Positions 10,188 to 21,862 of a stretch of 64,000 nucleotides of DNA are shown in pieces. Within the stretch, counting starts at the first letter, position 1, and every line of letters starts with the position of its first letter. Source of the DNA: Prevotella sp. (GTDB lineage Bacteria; Bacteroidota; Bacteroidia; Bacteroidales; Bacteroidaceae); assembly GCA_045112595.1 (NCBI GenBank), contig JBGUIA010000046.1, positions 17,531 to 81,530 on the forward strand, read 5' to 3'. The position numbers were made by a program, and so were the translations under genes. The notes beneath the pieces are model-generated. The model was not told where the DNA came from, did not search any database, and was given only the letters and a program-made list of their open reading frames with translations.

Positions 10188-11399
10188 TTACTGCTTAGTA
10201 GTATCAACAAACATTGCAACACGGTTGAAGTCAACCTCGTCAGACAGCTTGTCGGTTGCACCCAGACCCTCAGTAGTGATGCGGCTGGCAGCAATCTTAT
10301 ACTTCTTGATGAGAGCGTTCTTAACAACCTCAGCGCGCTGCTCAGACAGCTTCTGGTTCAGCTCAGCAGAACCCTCGGGAGAAGCATAACCCTGAACGAG
10401 AACGTTAGACTCAGGATGATTCTTCATGTACTTGGCAATCATCTCGATGCTTGCATACTGTGCAGGATCGATAACGCTCTTGCCCTGACGGAAGATAACG
10501 ATAGGCTGCAGAGTCTCAACCTTCTTAACCTGCTCAACAATCTGTGTAGGACGAGCCTCACAAGCAGCGAGCTTAGCCTTCAGGTCAGCAATGGTCTGAG
10601 CGTCAGCGGCAATCTGACCATCCTTAGCGTTCACGTCAGCACGGAGCTCGTTGATCTTAGCGTTCAGACCGTCGATCTCAGCCTGGTCGCGCAGCTGCTC
10701 AATCTTGAAGTTGTGAGAACCATTACTGTTACCGAACTTGTAGTTCAAACCGGCCTTCAGAGAGAAAATAGACTTGTTGATGTCATACATGAAACCAGGT
10801 TCGTTAGCACCCAGTATAGCATAAGCTACAGAAGCATCAACGCCCTCTGCCCAACTATGGAGGTTATAGGTCAGAGCGGGCTCAATGTAGAGCTGCCAAG
10901 CCTTTGCGGCACCCAGATTGAATGCGAAGTCAAGAGCAATCTTAGAGTTCAGAGCATTAGTCTTGCTCATGTGGTTGAAGTCATGTTCCCAACCGAAACC
11001 GCCCAGAGCAATCAGCTCGAAAGCACGGGGCTCACCCTGGTAACCAGCAAACAGGTTGCTCAAGTTGAAAGTACCCAGCAGGTTTACGTCAAGAGCATTG
11101 ATGAAGGTCTTTGGACCAGCATAATACTTATCGTTACACTTGAAATAAACATCTGCGTCAGCAGCCAGACCGAAAACAGTTGTCAAGTTCTTACCAAGAC
11201 GAACGCCAAAGGTAGGAGCGATAGACTTGAAGAATCCGTCACCAGCATCCTTATAACTTTCCTTTGTCTTTGTTGTAACGCCAGCGTTGATACCGAAATA
11301 CCAGTTATCACCAGCTTTGCTAGATGTGATTGCAGTATTCTGTGCACTCACTGAAGCTGCCATCATAGTAGCAGCAATCATCATAAAAAACTTTTTCAT
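10188..11399 (-). CDS. OmpA family outer membrane protein
   Basis: Signal peptide, beta-barrel, coiled linker, C-terminal OmpA domain (GYASPEG...NQKLSEQRA...NRV); codon usage suggests high expression. Confidence 0.92.
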   Translation of the reverse strand: MKKFFMMIAATMMAASVSAQNTAITSSKAGDNWYFGINAGVTTKTKESYKDAGDGFFKSIAPTFGVRLGKNLTTVFGLAADADVYFKCNDKYYAGPKTFINALDVNLLGTFNLSNLFAGYQGEPRAFELIALGGFGWEHDFNHMSKTNALNSKIALDFAFNLGAAKAWQLYIEPALTYNLHSWAEGVDASVAYAILGANEPGFMYDINKSIFSLKAGLNYKFGNSNGSHNFKIEQLRDQAEIDGLNAKINELRADVNAKDGQIAADAQTIADLKAKLAACEARPTQIVEQVKKVETLQPIVIFRQGKSVIDPAQYASIEMIAKYMKNHPESNVLVQGYASPEGSAELNQKLSEQRAEVVKNALIKKYKIAASRITTEGLGATDKLSDEVDFNRVAMFVDTTKQ

Positions 11400-11622
11400 T
11401 TGTACTAATTAACTAGTTAAAAAAAATTATAATATTATCTATTTAAAGTATTTTTTCTATGATTTCGCCTGCAAAGTAAGTAAAAAAATCAATAAGTTCC
11501 AAAGAAAATGCAAAAAAAATGTAAAAAAACGTATTTTTTTTGATATAAAAGGGCGTTTTTATATAAAAAATGGCCACCAAAGTACGCTTTTGAGGGCTAA
11601 TGGTAAAAAAAAATAAAAAAAG

Positions 11623-11654
11623 TTTGGTGAATCGCGAAAAAAGGATTACTTTTG
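11623..11654 (+). promoter_or_regulatory. Bacteroidetes sigma-A promoter (-33 TTTG / -7 TAnnTTTG) for the sigA-lpx operon
   Basis: TTTG at 11623-11626, 20-nt spacer, TACTTTTG at 11647-11654, 27 nt before ATG 11682. Confidence 0.7.
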
Positions 11655-11681
11655 CATCCGACATTAAAACTCGACTACTGC

Positions 11682-12545
11682 ATGAGGCAACTGAAAATTA
11701 CCAAATCAATCACAAACCGCGAAAGCGAGGCGTTGGAGAAATACCTGTCAGAAATCGGCAAAGAGGAACTTTTGTCTGCCGACGAAGAGGTTGAATTGGC
11801 GCAGCGCATCCGCAAGGGTGACAAGAAGGCTTTGGAAAAGCTGACAAAGTCGAACCTGAGGTTCGTGGTGAGCGTGGCAAAACAGTATCAGAACCAAGGG
11901 CTATCGCTGCCCGACCTGATTAACGAGGGTAATGTGGGACTGATAAAAGCTGCTGAGAAATATGACGAGACGAGAGGATTTAAATTCATCTCGTATGCTG
12001 TATGGTGGATTCGTCAGAGCATTCTGCAAGCCATTGCCGAGCAGAGTCGCATCGTGAGACTGCCGTTGAACCAACTGGGGTCGATGAACAAAATCAACCG
12101 CATGTTGACGAAATTCGAGCAGGAGAACGAGCGTCGGCCGTCGGTGGACGAGATATCGGAGGTTATCGACATTCCTGAGGATAAAGTTGACGAAGCCATC
12201 AACGTGTCAGGCCGTCAGGTATCGGTTGACGCTCCGTTTGTGGATGGTGAGGACAATTCGCTGCTAGACGTACTTGTAAATAATGACGCACCGATGGCTG
12301 ATAAGCAACTGGTGATAGAGTCGTTGCAGGCAGAAATCATGGATGCATTGAAAATGCTGACAATTCGCGAACGCAACATCATTACTGCATTCTACGGTAT
12401 AGGACAGCCCGAAATGACACTCGAGGAGATAGGAGTAAAATTCGGCCTTACGCGTGAGCGCGTGCGTCAAATAAAGGAAAAGGCCATCCGTCGTTTACGC
12501 GGCAATACAAAGAACAAAATATTAAAAGCATATTTAGGAGCATGA
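11682..12545 (+). CDS. rpoD: RNA polymerase sigma-70 factor, RpoD/SigA family (Bacteroidetes type, no region 1.1)
   Basis: [61 protein letters not shown]...[12 protein letters not shown]. Confidence 0.9.
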   Translation: MRQLKITKSITNRESEALEKYLSEIGKEELLSADEEVELAQRIRKGDKKALEKLTKSNLRFVVSVAKQYQNQGLSLPDLINEGNVGLIKAAEKYDETRGFKFISYAVWWIRQSILQAIAEQSRIVRLPLNQLGSMNKINRMLTKFEQENERRPSVDEISEVIDIPEDKVDEAINVSGRQVSVDAPFVDGEDNSLLDVLVNNDAPMADKQLVIESLQAEIMDALKMLTIRERNIITAFYGIGQPEMTLEEIGVKFGLTRERVRQIKEKAIRRLRGNTKNKILKAYLGA

Positions 12546-12949
12546 AATCAATAAGGTATATACTATTGCTGGTTGTGGCATTGACAGCCTTAGGAGCCAG
12601 CGCGAAACCCCTGAAGACGAATCAAGTCTATATGTTCGGCTTCTCGGCATCGTTCAAAGATTCAGTGATTTATGTGACGGACATCCAGAATGTTCCCGGA
12701 GCTTGGATAGAGTCAAAGAATAAATTCCTGCTGCTGCGTGACGAATATTCACGGCAGATGAAAGACTATCTGGAAGAGAAGCTACAACAGGAGAAACGCG
12801 TTTGTGTGGTATTCTACTATCTGAAGAAAAAGAAGGCCGAGAAGGAGTTCCTGAAACTGATGAAAAAATACAAAAAAGGATACGAGGTACGCTACGTGAA
12901 CGAAAAGGATTTTAAGTTTGAGGCGATAGACATGTCAGAACAACAATGA
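12542..12949 (+). CDS. Conserved hypothetical exported protein
   Basis: Signal peptide; ATGA overlaps with both neighbours in the operon. Confidence 0.7.
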   Translation: MKSIRYILLLVVALTALGASAKPLKTNQVYMFGFSASFKDSVIYVTDIQNVPGAWIESKNKFLLLRDEYSRQMKDYLEEKLQQEKRVCVVFYYLKKKKAEKEFLKLMKKYKKGYEVRYVNEKDFKFEAIDMSEQQ

Positions 12950-14154
12950 CGGAACATAAAATCATCAACGACCCCGTATTCGGGTTTATCAAGATCAAGC
13001 GTGGATTGCTGTACGACATCGTACAGCATCCGTTGTTTCAACGCCTAAACCGTATCAACCAACTCGGACTGGCCTCTGTGGTGTATCCCGGTGCACGCCA
13101 TACGCGTTTCCAGCACTCGCTGGGAGCATTCTACCTCATGTCGGAGGCAGTAAAATCGCTAAGTGAAAAAGGAGTGTATATCTTTGATTCAGAGGCAGAA
13201 GCCGTGCAGGCAGCAATCCTTTTACACGACATCGGTCACGGTCCTTTTTCGCACGTATTAGAAAATACGCTCATCAACGATGTATCGCACGAAGACATCT
13301 CGCTGCTGATGATGGAACGCATGAACCGAGAGATGAAAGGACAGCTTGCATTGGCTATCAGTATTTTCAAAGACGAATATCCAAACAAGATTTTCCACCA
13401 GTTGATATCCAGTCAGTTAGATATGGACCGACTGGATTATCTGCGCCGCGACTCATTCTTTACAGGAGTAACAGAAGGTAACATCGGCTCGGCACGCATC
13501 ATCAAGATGTTGAACGTGGCTGACGAGAGACTTGTCGTCGACGCCAAAGGCATCTACTCGATAGAAAACTACCTGACGACACGACGGCTGATGTATTGGC
13601 AGGTGTACTTACACAAGACCGCTGTAGGATACGAGAAAGTATTGGTGAATGCTCTGACGCGAGCTCGCGAACTGATGAGGATGGGGTACGACCTATTTGC
13701 ATCGCCTTCACTAGCCTATTTCCTGAAAAATGATGTCACGTTTGACAATCATACGCTCGATGTGTATGCCGAATTGGACGACAGCGATATTTGGAGTGCT
13801 CTGAAGGCTTGGAAGCATGTCGATGACAAAATTCTTGCCACTTTGGCCACCGATATGACTGATCGTAGATTGTTCAAGGTGGAGGTCAGCGAGGAGCGTC
13901 CTTCGGAGGAACGAATGGCCGAAATCGCCCGTGGAATAGCGGAAAGAATGAATATTCCATTGGAAGACACACACTATATGATGACGTTGACAGAGATAGG
14001 TAAAGACATGTATAATCCTGAGGACGATAGTATCGGAATTCTTTACAAAGATGGTACTGTTAAAGACATTGCAGAAGCTTCCGAAATCTTAAATGTACAT
14101 TTACTTTCTAAAAAAATACGTAAATATTACCTCTGTTATCAACGTTTTTCATAA
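12946..14154 (+). CDS. HD-domain phosphohydrolase (dNTP triphosphohydrolase/YdhJ-like)
   Basis: FQRLNRINQLG...HTRFQHSLG, LLHDIGHGPFSH, DMDRLDYLRRDS. Confidence 0.9.
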   Translation: MTEHKIINDPVFGFIKIKRGLLYDIVQHPLFQRLNRINQLGLASVVYPGARHTRFQHSLGAFYLMSEAVKSLSEKGVYIFDSEAEAVQAAILLHDIGHGPFSHVLENTLINDVSHEDISLLMMERMNREMKGQLALAISIFKDEYPNKIFHQLISSQLDMDRLDYLRRDSFFTGVTEGNIGSARIIKMLNVADERLVVDAKGIYSIENYLTTRRLMYWQVYLHKTAVGYEKVLVNALTRARELMRMGYDLFASPSLAYFLKNDVTFDNHTLDVYAELDDSDIWSALKAWKHVDDKILATLATDMTDRRLFKVEVSEERPSEERMAEIARGIAERMNIPLEDTHYMMTLTEIGKDMYNPEDDSIGILYKDGTVKDIAEASEILNVHLLSKKIRKYYLCYQRFS

Positions 14155-14187
14155 AAAATGCTTATCTTTGTAGCGTTTTTATAAAAA

Positions 14188-15195
14188 ATGACAGTAACTA
14201 TGGAGTTTACAGCGCGACAAATAGCCGACTTTATAGGCGGCAAAGTGGAAGGAAACGAACAAGCGTCCGTCCATACTTTTGCGAAGATAGAAGAAGGCAC
14301 GGAAGGAGCCATTACATTCCTTTCGAATCCCAAATACACCCAATACATCTACGAAACGAAAGCCACCATTGTTCTCGTGAACGAAGACCTGCAGCTGGAG
14401 CATCCTGTCAATTGCACCTTGATTCGCGTGAAGAATGCCTACGAATGTGTGGCAAAACTGATGCAAATGTACGCCCAGTCGCTGCCGAAAAAGACGGGTA
14501 TCGACCCTCTGGCCTTTGTATCACCAAGTGCTCAGATTGGCAAAGATGTCTATATCGGACCCTTTACGTATGTCGGCGAAGGTGTGAAGATTGGCGACAA
14601 CACGCGAATATTCCCCAATGTCACTATCTATGACGGTTGTCAGATTGGTCAGAATGTGACCATTCACGCCGGTGCGGTCATTGGTGCCGACGGTTTCGGT
14701 TTCGCCCCCAATCAGGAGGGATACGAAAAGATTCCACAGTTGGGCGTGGTCATCATCGAAGACGATGTGGAGATTGGTGCCAACACGTGTATCGACCGTT
14801 CAACAATGGGTCAGACCATTATCCATCAGGGCGTGAAACTGGACAATCTCATCCAGGTAGCTCATAATTGCGAAATCGGCGAGAACACGGTGATGTCGGC
14901 ACAAGCCGGTATGGCTGGTTCGACGAAGATTGGTGCATGGTGTATGGTTGGTGGTCAGGCTGGTTTCTCCGGTCACATTCAAGTTGCCGATAGGACGATG
15001 ATTGGTGCCCAGTGTGGTGTCATCGGCAATACCAAGGGCGACGGTGAAACGTTGATTGGTTCCCCTGCTGTCAATCCGAAAATGTATTTCAAGGCGAGGG
15101 CTTTGGACGCAAAACTCCCCGACATGTACCGCCAGATTGCCCAGCTGCAGCGTGAAATCGACGCGCTGAAGAAGATTGTAGAAATTGAAAGATAA
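14188..15195 (+). CDS. lpxD: UDP-3-O-acylglucosamine N-acyltransferase
   Basis: Hexapeptide repeats; [27 protein letters not shown]. Confidence 0.95.
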   Translation: MTVTMEFTARQIADFIGGKVEGNEQASVHTFAKIEEGTEGAITFLSNPKYTQYIYETKATIVLVNEDLQLEHPVNCTLIRVKNAYECVAKLMQMYAQSLPKKTGIDPLAFVSPSAQIGKDVYIGPFTYVGEGVKIGDNTRIFPNVTIYDGCQIGQNVTIHAGAVIGADGFGFAPNQEGYEKIPQLGVVIIEDDVEIGANTCIDRSTMGQTIIHQGVKLDNLIQVAHNCEIGENTVMSAQAGMAGSTKIGAWCMVGGQAGFSGHIQVADRTMIGAQCGVIGNTKGDGETLIGSPAVNPKMYFKARALDAKLPDMYRQIAQLQREIDALKKIVEIER

Positions 15196-15203
15196 TAAAA
15201 GAT

Positions 15204-16586
15204 ATGAAACAAAAGACTTTGAAAGGCAGCTTTTCGTTATACGGAAAAGGTCTGCATACGGGACTGAACCTGACTGTCACATTCAACCCTGCACATGAGA
15301 ATCACGGTTACAAGATACAACGCATCGACATGGAGGGTGAGCCCATCATCGACGCCATTGCCGAGAATGTGGTCGACACTCAGCGCGGCACGGTATTGGG
15401 CAAGGGCGACGCTCGCGTATCAACCGTAGAGCACGGACTCTCGGCGCTTTATGCTTTGGGCATCGACAACTGTCTGATACAGGTCAACGGTCCGGAATTC
15501 CCCATTCTCGACGGTTCGGCCATCAAGTATGTAGAGAAGATCATGGAGATCGGTATCGAGGAGCAGAATGCCCCCAAAGACTTTTACATCATCCGCAAGA
15601 AGATTGAGGTAAAGGACGAGCAGACCGGTTCGTGCATTACGATCCTTCCCGACGACGAATTCTCCATCACAGCCATGTGTTCGTTCGAGTCGAAATTCAT
15701 CAATTCGCAGTTTGCGACACTCGACAAAATAGATGATTTCGCCAAGGAAATTGCTGCTGCGCGCACTTTCGTTTTCGTACGAGACATTGAGCCCCTGTTG
15801 CAGGCAAACCTCATCAAAGGTGGCGATATGGATAATGCCATCGTTATCTATGAGCGTCAGACTACACAGGAGCGTCTTGACTGGCTTGCAGACAAACTGG
15901 GTGTAGAGCACCGCGATGCCAACGAACTCGGTTACATTCAGCACAAGCCATTGGTATGGGAGAACGAATGTACACGCCACAAACTGCTCGACGTCATTGG
16001 CGATATGGCACTCATCGGTAAACCCATCAAGGGCCGTATCATTGCCACACGTCCCGGTCATACCATCAACAACAAGTTTGCCCGTCAGTTGCGAAAGGAA
16101 ATTCGCAAACACGAGATACAGGCACCCATCTACGATCCCAACGAGGAGCCGATAATGGATGTCAACAAGATTCGCGAATTGCTGCCCCACCGCTATCCCA
16201 TGCAGTTGGTGGATAAGGTCATCTCACTAGGTGCCAACACCATTGTGGGTATCAAGAACGTCACCAGCAACGAACCCTTCTTCCAGGGGCATTTCCCCGA
16301 AGAGCCCGTCATGCCTGGTGTGCTGCAGATTGAGGCAATGGCCCAGTGTGGTGGCCTGCTGGTATTGAACACACTGGAGGAACCCGAGCGCTGGAGTACT
16401 TATTTCATGAAGATTGACGACGTAAAATTCCGCCAGAAGGTTGTTCCCGGCGATACACTATTGTTCAAGGTCGATTTGTTAGCTCCTGTCCGCCATGGAA
16501 TTTCTTCGATGAAGGGTTACATCTTCGTTGGTGATCGCGTAGTGGCAGAAGCAACCTTCACAGCACAGATAGTAAAGAACAAATAA
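15204..16586 (+). CDS. lpxC: Bifunctional LpxC/FabZ
   Basis: GKGLHTG, TVEH, HKLLDVIGD (LpxC); LPHRYPMQLVD, FFQGHFP, EAMAQ (FabZ). Confidence 0.95.
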   Translation: MKQKTLKGSFSLYGKGLHTGLNLTVTFNPAHENHGYKIQRIDMEGEPIIDAIAENVVDTQRGTVLGKGDARVSTVEHGLSALYALGIDNCLIQVNGPEFPILDGSAIKYVEKIMEIGIEEQNAPKDFYIIRKKIEVKDEQTGSCITILPDDEFSITAMCSFESKFINSQFATLDKIDDFAKEIAAARTFVFVRDIEPLLQANLIKGGDMDNAIVIYERQTTQERLDWLADKLGVEHRDANELGYIQHKPLVWENECTRHKLLDVIGDMALIGKPIKGRIIATRPGHTINNKFARQLRKEIRKHEIQAPIYDPNEEPIMDVNKIRELLPHRYPMQLVDKVISLGANTIVGIKNVTSNEPFFQGHFPEEPVMPGVLQIEAMAQCGGLLVLNTLEEPERWSTYFMKIDDVKFRQKVVPGDTLLFKVDLLAPVRHGISSMKGYIFVGDRVVAEATFTAQIVKNK

Positions 16587-16614
16587 CCCGTCATAACGTA
16601 ACAACAAAACAAAC

Positions 16615-17388
16615 ATGGCAAATCAGATACATCCCTTAGCAGTGGTTGATCCCGAGGCAAAACTTGGTGACAACAATGTCATCGGTCCCTTCTGCGTCAT
16701 CGACAAAAACGTGGTGATTGGCGACAACAACAAACTGCTGAACAACGTGACGCTGCACTTCGGCACACGTCTCGGCAACAACAACGAGATATTCCCCGGT
16801 GCCAGCATCTCTACCAAACCTCAGGATCTCAAGTTCCAAGGCGAAGAGACCACATGCGAAATCGGCGACAACAACTCCATCCGCGAGAATGTCACCATCA
16901 GCCGCGGCACGGCTTCGAAAGGAAAGACAGTAGTGGGCAACGGCAATCTGCTCATGGAGAATATGCACATCGGTCACGACTGTGAGATTGGAAATGGCTG
17001 CATCATTGGCAATTCCACGAAATTTGCCGGCGAGGTCATCGTCGACGACTTTGCCATTATCTCAGCCTGTTGCCTGTTCCATCAGTTCCTGCACGTCGGC
17101 GGATATATCATGTTCCAAGGCGGCAGCCGTACCTCACAGGATATTCCTCCATACGTCATTGCAGGTAAAGAACCCATACGCTATGCCGGTGTTAATCTCA
17201 TCGGACTGCGCCGTCGCGGATTCCCCAATGAGACCATTGAGGCTATTCACGACGCCTACCGCATCATCTATTCCCAGGGAGTACTGAAGGACGGTATTGC
17301 CGAGGCTCGCGCCAAGTATCCTGATTCGAAGGAGGTGGAGTATATCTGCTCTTTCATTGAAAATTCAAAACGTGGCGTCATCAGATAG
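16615..17388 (+). CDS. lpxA: UDP-N-acetylglucosamine O-acyltransferase
   Basis: [36 protein letters not shown]. Confidence 0.95.
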   Translation: MANQIHPLAVVDPEAKLGDNNVIGPFCVIDKNVVIGDNNKLLNNVTLHFGTRLGNNNEIFPGASISTKPQDLKFQGEETTCEIGDNNSIRENVTISRGTASKGKTVVGNGNLLMENMHIGHDCEIGNGCIIGNSTKFAGEVIVDDFAIISACCLFHQFLHVGGYIMFQGGSRTSQDIPPYVIAGKEPIRYAGVNLIGLRRRGFPNETIEAIHDAYRIIYSQGVLKDGIAEARAKYPDSKEVEYICSFIENSKRGVIR

Positions 17389-18280
17389 TACACTCGTAGT
17401 CATTACGGGACCGACTGCAGTAGGCAAAACCGCACTCACCATCGAGCTCGCACGTCATTACCATACGCCTGTCATCAACGCCGATTCCCGCCAGATTTAC
17501 CGCGAACTGCGCATCGGCACCGCTGCTCCCAGCGAGGAGCAGTTGCAGCAGGCCAAACATTATTTCGTGGGTAACAAAAGCATCCACGACTACTACAATG
17601 CCTCGATGTACGAGCAAGATGTTCTCGAGGTCCTGAAAAAGGAACCCTCAGACACGAACATCCTCTCGGGTGGCAGCATGATGTATATCGACGCTGTATG
17701 CAACGGCATTGACGATATCCCCACCGTCCGTGACGATATCCGCGAGGAGATGAAGCGGCGATACGAAGAAGAAGGACTGGAAGCACTCTGTGAGGACCTG
17801 CGCCGACTGGACCCTGAACACTACGCCATTGTCGACCGTCAGAATTACCGTCGCGTCATCCATGCCCTTGAAATTTGCTACCAGACGGGGCGCACATACA
17901 CCTCGTTTCGTACACAGAGCAAGAAGGAGCGGCCGTTTCGCATCGTGAAAATCGGGCTTAACCGCGACCGCAACGAATTATATAATAGGATTAACGCGCG
18001 CGTGGACGCGATGATGGAACAAGGATTGCTCCACGAGGCCGAGATCTTATACAACCAGCGCCAACTGAACGCGCTGAACACCGTGGGCTACAAAGAGATG
18101 TTCGATTATATAGACGGCCGGTGGTCGCTGGACGAAGCGGTGGAACGTATGAAGGGTAACACCCGCCGCTATGCTCGCAAACAGCTGACATGGTTCAAGC
18201 GCGACGAAGAGGTACGTTGGTTCCATCCCGACCAGATTGACGAAATATTGAAATATATAGAAGTAACAAGAGAAAAATAG
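17372..18280 (+). CDS. miaA: tRNA dimethylallyltransferase
   Basis: [34 protein letters not shown]; likely GTG start at 17372 overlapping the lpxA end. Confidence 0.93.
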   Translation: MASSDSTLVVITGPTAVGKTALTIELARHYHTPVINADSRQIYRELRIGTAAPSEEQLQQAKHYFVGNKSIHDYYNASMYEQDVLEVLKKEPSDTNILSGGSMMYIDAVCNGIDDIPTVRDDIREEMKRRYEEEGLEALCEDLRRLDPEHYAIVDRQNYRRVIHALEICYQTGRTYTSFRTQSKKERPFRIVKIGLNRDRNELYNRINARVDAMMEQGLLHEAEILYNQRQLNALNTVGYKEMFDYIDGRWSLDEAVERMKGNTRRYARKQLTWFKRDEEVRWFHPDQIDEILKYIEVTREK

Positions 18281-18284
18281 GGTT

Positions 18285-20750
18285 ATGAATATATTAAGAA
18301 AACTCTGCCATGCCTTCCCCGCTGCCTGGCAATGGTATAAGGGACTCTACAAGGGACGCAAGTGGTACATCAAGACGCTCTCCGCCATGTGTACGCTCGT
18401 CGTGCTCTTCTTCCTCTACCTGCTCATGGTTAACTTCAATTTCCTGTGGCTCTTCGGTAAGTCGCCATCCATGAGCGACGTTCGAAATACGCATCCCGCC
18501 GAAGCATCAGAAATATACAGTGCCGACGGCAAACTCATCGGAAAATTCTTCAGCGAGAACCGTATGCCCGTCAGCTACGACGACGTGAACGAAGCCTTTT
18601 GGAATGCATTGGTTGACACCGAGGACGAACGTTTCTACCGCCATCACGGCATCGACTATCAGGCCTTCGGCGCAGCACTGAAAGACTACGTGCTCCACCG
18701 TTCACCGCGCGGAGCATCCACCATCACCCAACAGTTGGCCAAGAACCTCTTCCGCGTCCGCACCCAGTATTCTACCGGATTGCTTGGCAACATCCCGGGA
18801 CTGAAGATGCTCATCATGAAGAGCAAGGAGTGGATCACGGCCTACAAGCTCGAATGGTACTTCTCCAAGGAGGAAATCATCACCATGTATGCCAACACCG
18901 TCGATTTCGGCTCCAACGCCTTCGGCATCAAGACAGCCGCCAAGACCTATTTCGGCACCACGCCCAAGCATATGACCACCGAGCAGGCCGCCATACTCGT
19001 AGGACTGCTCAAGGCCACCACTTACTATAATCCGCGCATCAATCCCAAGAATGCCCTCGGCCGCCGCAATGTCGTACTCGAAAACATGCGCACCCACGGC
19101 CACCTCACACCCGAAGCCTGCGACTCGCTGAAAAAGACCGAGATCAAGCTCGACTACAGTGTGGAGAATGCCTACGACGGCGAAGCTAACTATTTCCGCG
19201 AGGCCGTTGCCGACTGGATGAAGCAGTGGTGCAAGGAATACTATGGCGACGACCGTGCCTACGCCTACTACACCGAAGGTCTGAAGATTCATACCACCCT
19301 CGACCTACGCATGCAGCACTATGCCGAGGAGGCTGCCGTCAAGCAGATGAAAGAGGTACAGAAGACCTTCAACCAGCACTGGGGTAATGTCAACCCCTGG
19401 CAGGATGAACACCACATCGAGATACCTCATTTCATTGAGGATATCGCCAAGAAACTGCCCGTCTATCGCATGCTCTCGCAGAAGTTCGACGGCAATCAGG
19501 ACTCCATCGACTACTACCTGAACCTCCCCCACCCCGTCAAGCTCTTCGACTACGAGAAAGGCTTCGTCGAGAAGGAAATCTCAACCCTCGACAGCATCCG
19601 CTACATGGAACACTTCATGCACTGCGGCTTCGTGGCCATCGAACCACAGACGGGACACGTCAAGGCATGGGTCGGCGACGTCAATTTCAAGACGTGGAAG
19701 TACGACAAGGTGACGGCCATGCGCCAACCGGGTTCTACTTTCAAGCTCTTCGTCTATTCTGAGGCCATGAACCAGGGTATCACCCCTTGCGACACCCGTC
19801 GCGACGAATATTTCTCCATGAAAGTCATTGACCACGGCAAGGAGGTCACGTGGGCTCCCACCAATGCCGACGGCCGCTTCTCTAATATGGATATCACGCT
19901 GAAACAGGCCTTCGCCATGAGTATTAACAGCGTTGCCGTCCGCCTCGGTCAGGAGGTCGGCATCGACCGCATTGTCCGCACCGCTCACGACATGGGTATC
20001 AAGTCGAAGCTCGACCCCACACCGTCGCTCACCCTCGGTGCCAGCGACGTCAACCTGCTCGAACTCGTCTCGTCCTACTGCACGCCGGTCAACAACGGCA
20101 AGGCCATCGACCCCGTGCTCGTCACGAAGATTGAGGACCGCGAGGGTAACGTCATCTACGAGGCCAATGCCGAAGCGCGCCAGGCCCTCTCGCCCAAGAG
20201 TGCCTTCTACGTCCAGCAGTTGCTCATGGGTGGCATGAGCGGCACATCGTCCCGCCTGCGCGGATTCGTCGGCAATGCCAACAACGATACCGACTTCGGC
20301 GGCAAGACCGGCACGTCCAACAACCACTCCGACGCCTGGTTCGTCGGCACCACGCCGCGCCTCGTCTGCGGTGCATGGGTCGGTGGCGAATACCGCTGCA
20401 TCCATTTCCGCACCGGTCAGCTCGGACAGGGCAACCGCACGGCATTGCCCATCTGCGGCTATTTCCTCGGCTCCGTTCTCAACGACAAACAGTTCAGCCA
20501 GTACCGCACCCGATTCAAGAAACCCGACAATATCGCCGTATTACCTGCCGATTACGAGTGTGGCGGCTACTTCATGGCACCGGCCGACAGCGATTCGCTG
20601 GCCGTCGATAGCCTTGGCATTGACGACGTCGAGATGGTCGTCGACGAGTACGGCAACCCCGTCTCCGTTCCCAAGGAACACCACGAGGATGCCAACCAAG
20701 AGCCGCAGCCCGACGAACCGCAGGCCGCGCTGGAACCCAAAGAAAACTAA
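18285..20750 (+). CDS. Class A penicillin-binding protein (transglycosylase-transpeptidase)
   Basis: EDERFYRHHG, GASTITQQLAKN, RQPGSTFK (SxxK), SIN, KTGT. Confidence 0.93.
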   Translation: MNILRKLCHAFPAAWQWYKGLYKGRKWYIKTLSAMCTLVVLFFLYLLMVNFNFLWLFGKSPSMSDVRNTHPAEASEIYSADGKLIGKFFSENRMPVSYDDVNEAFWNALVDTEDERFYRHHGIDYQAFGAALKDYVLHRSPRGASTITQQLAKNLFRVRTQYSTGLLGNIPGLKMLIMKSKEWITAYKLEWYFSKEEIITMYANTVDFGSNAFGIKTAAKTYFGTTPKHMTTEQAAILVGLLKATTYYNPRINPKNALGRRNVVLENMRTHGHLTPEACDSLKKTEIKLDYSVENAYDGEANYFREAVADWMKQWCKEYYGDDRAYAYYTEGLKIHTTLDLRMQHYAEEAAVKQMKEVQKTFNQHWGNVNPWQDEHHIEIPHFIEDIAKKLPVYRMLSQKFDGNQDSIDYYLNLPHPVKLFDYEKGFVEKEISTLDSIRYMEHFMHCGFVAIEPQTGHVKAWVGDVNFKTWKYDKVTAMRQPGSTFKLFVYSEAMNQGITPCDTRRDEYFSMKVIDHGKEVTWAPTNADGRFSNMDITLKQAFAMSINSVAVRLGQEVGIDRIVRTAHDMGIKSKLDPTPSLTLGASDVNLLELVSSYCTPVNNGKAIDPVLVTKIEDREGNVIYEANAEARQALSPKSAFYVQQLLMGGMSGTSSRLRGFVGNANNDTDFGGKTGTSNNHSDAWFVGTTPRLVCGAWVGGEYRCIHFRTGQLGQGNRTALPICGYFLGSVLNDKQFSQYRTRFKKPDNIAVLPADYECGGYFMAPADSDSLAVDSLGIDDVEMVVDEYGNPVSVPKEHHEDANQEPQPDEPQAALEPKEN

Positions 20751-20763
20751 ACATAACAACAAC

Positions 20764-21834
20764 ATGTCAAAAGAAAAAACCAGAATCAAGGACATTGCCG
20801 AACGTGCCGGCGTCTCTACCGGCACTGTCGACCGCGTACTCCACAATCGTCCCAACGTGTCGTCAAGGGCACTCGAGAAAGTGCAGAAGGCACTCGAGGA
20901 AATGGACTATAAACCCAACGTGTACGCATCGGCATTGGCCTACAACCGTGACTACCATTTCATCAGTATCATCCCCAAACACGAGTCAGAAGCGTATTGG
21001 GAGGAAGTAGAGGAAGGCGAGCAGATGTGCTGCGAACGCTACCGCGACTTCCGCATCTCCAACAAGGTGCTCTACTACAACCGCTTCTCACCCGAGACCT
21101 TTGCCAAGATCATGAACGAGGTGCTCAAGCAGGAACCCGACGGTGTCATCATCGTCCCCTCGACCATTGAGGTCACCCGCCGCTATACCGACATGATGCA
21201 CGAGCGTAACATCCCCTTCATCCTGCTCGACTCCTACATGCCCGACCTCAAGCCCCTGTCGTTCTTTGGTCAGGACTCCTTCGCCTCCGGCTTCTTCGCC
21301 GCCCGCATGCTTATGATGCTAGCTCCGCGCGAGAAGGAGATCATGCTTATGAAACAGATGCGCAACGGCAACGTGGCATCCAAGCAGCAGGAAAACCGCG
21401 AGACAGGTTTCCGTCATTACATGCACGACCACTTCCCCTCCGTCAAGATCCATGAGGTCAACCTCTCGCTCGACGATAAACGCGACAAGTACGACGTCAT
21501 CCTCGAGGATTTCTTCACGGCCCACCCACTCGTCCACCATTGCATCACGTTCAATTCCAAGGCTCATCTCGTGGGCGAGTTCCTGCTCAGGTCCAACCGT
21601 CGCAATGTCCAGATCATGGGTTACGACATGGTACCCAAGAATGCTGAGTGCGTCCGTCAGGGCTCCATCTCGTTCCTCATCGCACAGCACGCCTTCATGC
21701 AAGGCTATTCCTGCGTCGAGACACTCTTCCAGGCCATCGTCCTCAAAAAGGAAGTCGAGCCTGTCAACTACATGCCCATCGAACTCCTCACCAAGGAGAA
21801 CATCGATTTCTACCGCAGAAAAAATATAGGTTAA
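20764..21834 (+). CDS. LacI-family transcriptional regulator
   Basis: RIKDIAERAGVSTGTVDRVLHNR HTH plus sugar-binding domain; upstream of uxaA. Confidence 0.92.
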   Translation: MSKEKTRIKDIAERAGVSTGTVDRVLHNRPNVSSRALEKVQKALEEMDYKPNVYASALAYNRDYHFISIIPKHESEAYWEEVEEGEQMCCERYRDFRISNKVLYYNRFSPETFAKIMNEVLKQEPDGVIIVPSTIEVTRRYTDMMHERNIPFILLDSYMPDLKPLSFFGQDSFASGFFAARMLMMLAPREKEIMLMKQMRNGNVASKQQENRETGFRHYMHDHFPSVKIHEVNLSLDDKRDKYDVILEDFFTAHPLVHHCITFNSKAHLVGEFLLRSNRRNVQIMGYDMVPKNAECVRQGSISFLIAQHAFMQGYSCVETLFQAIVLKKEVEPVNYMPIELLTKENIDFYRRKNIG

Positions 21835-21862
21835 ACAAACAAATACTAAAACAAATTCAATT

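Noticed and set aside
10416-11354. Long antisense ORFs (here opposite OmpA; likewise 48224-49417, 50314-51231, 6752-7618)
   Set aside because: Shadow ORFs produced by codon bias of the real genes on the opposite strand; no motifs.
11400-11681. AT-rich intergenic region as an ncRNA or origin
   Set aside because: Explained by divergent promoters for the OmpA gene and the sigA operon; no stable structure or DnaA-box cluster was seen.
15204-16586. LpxC-FabZ fusion as a novelty
   Set aside because: This fusion is standard in Bacteroidota.
20275-20763. N-terminal extension of the LacI ORF given in the ORF track
   Set aside because: It overlaps the PBP gene in another frame and is low-complexity; the HTH begins right after ATG 20764.
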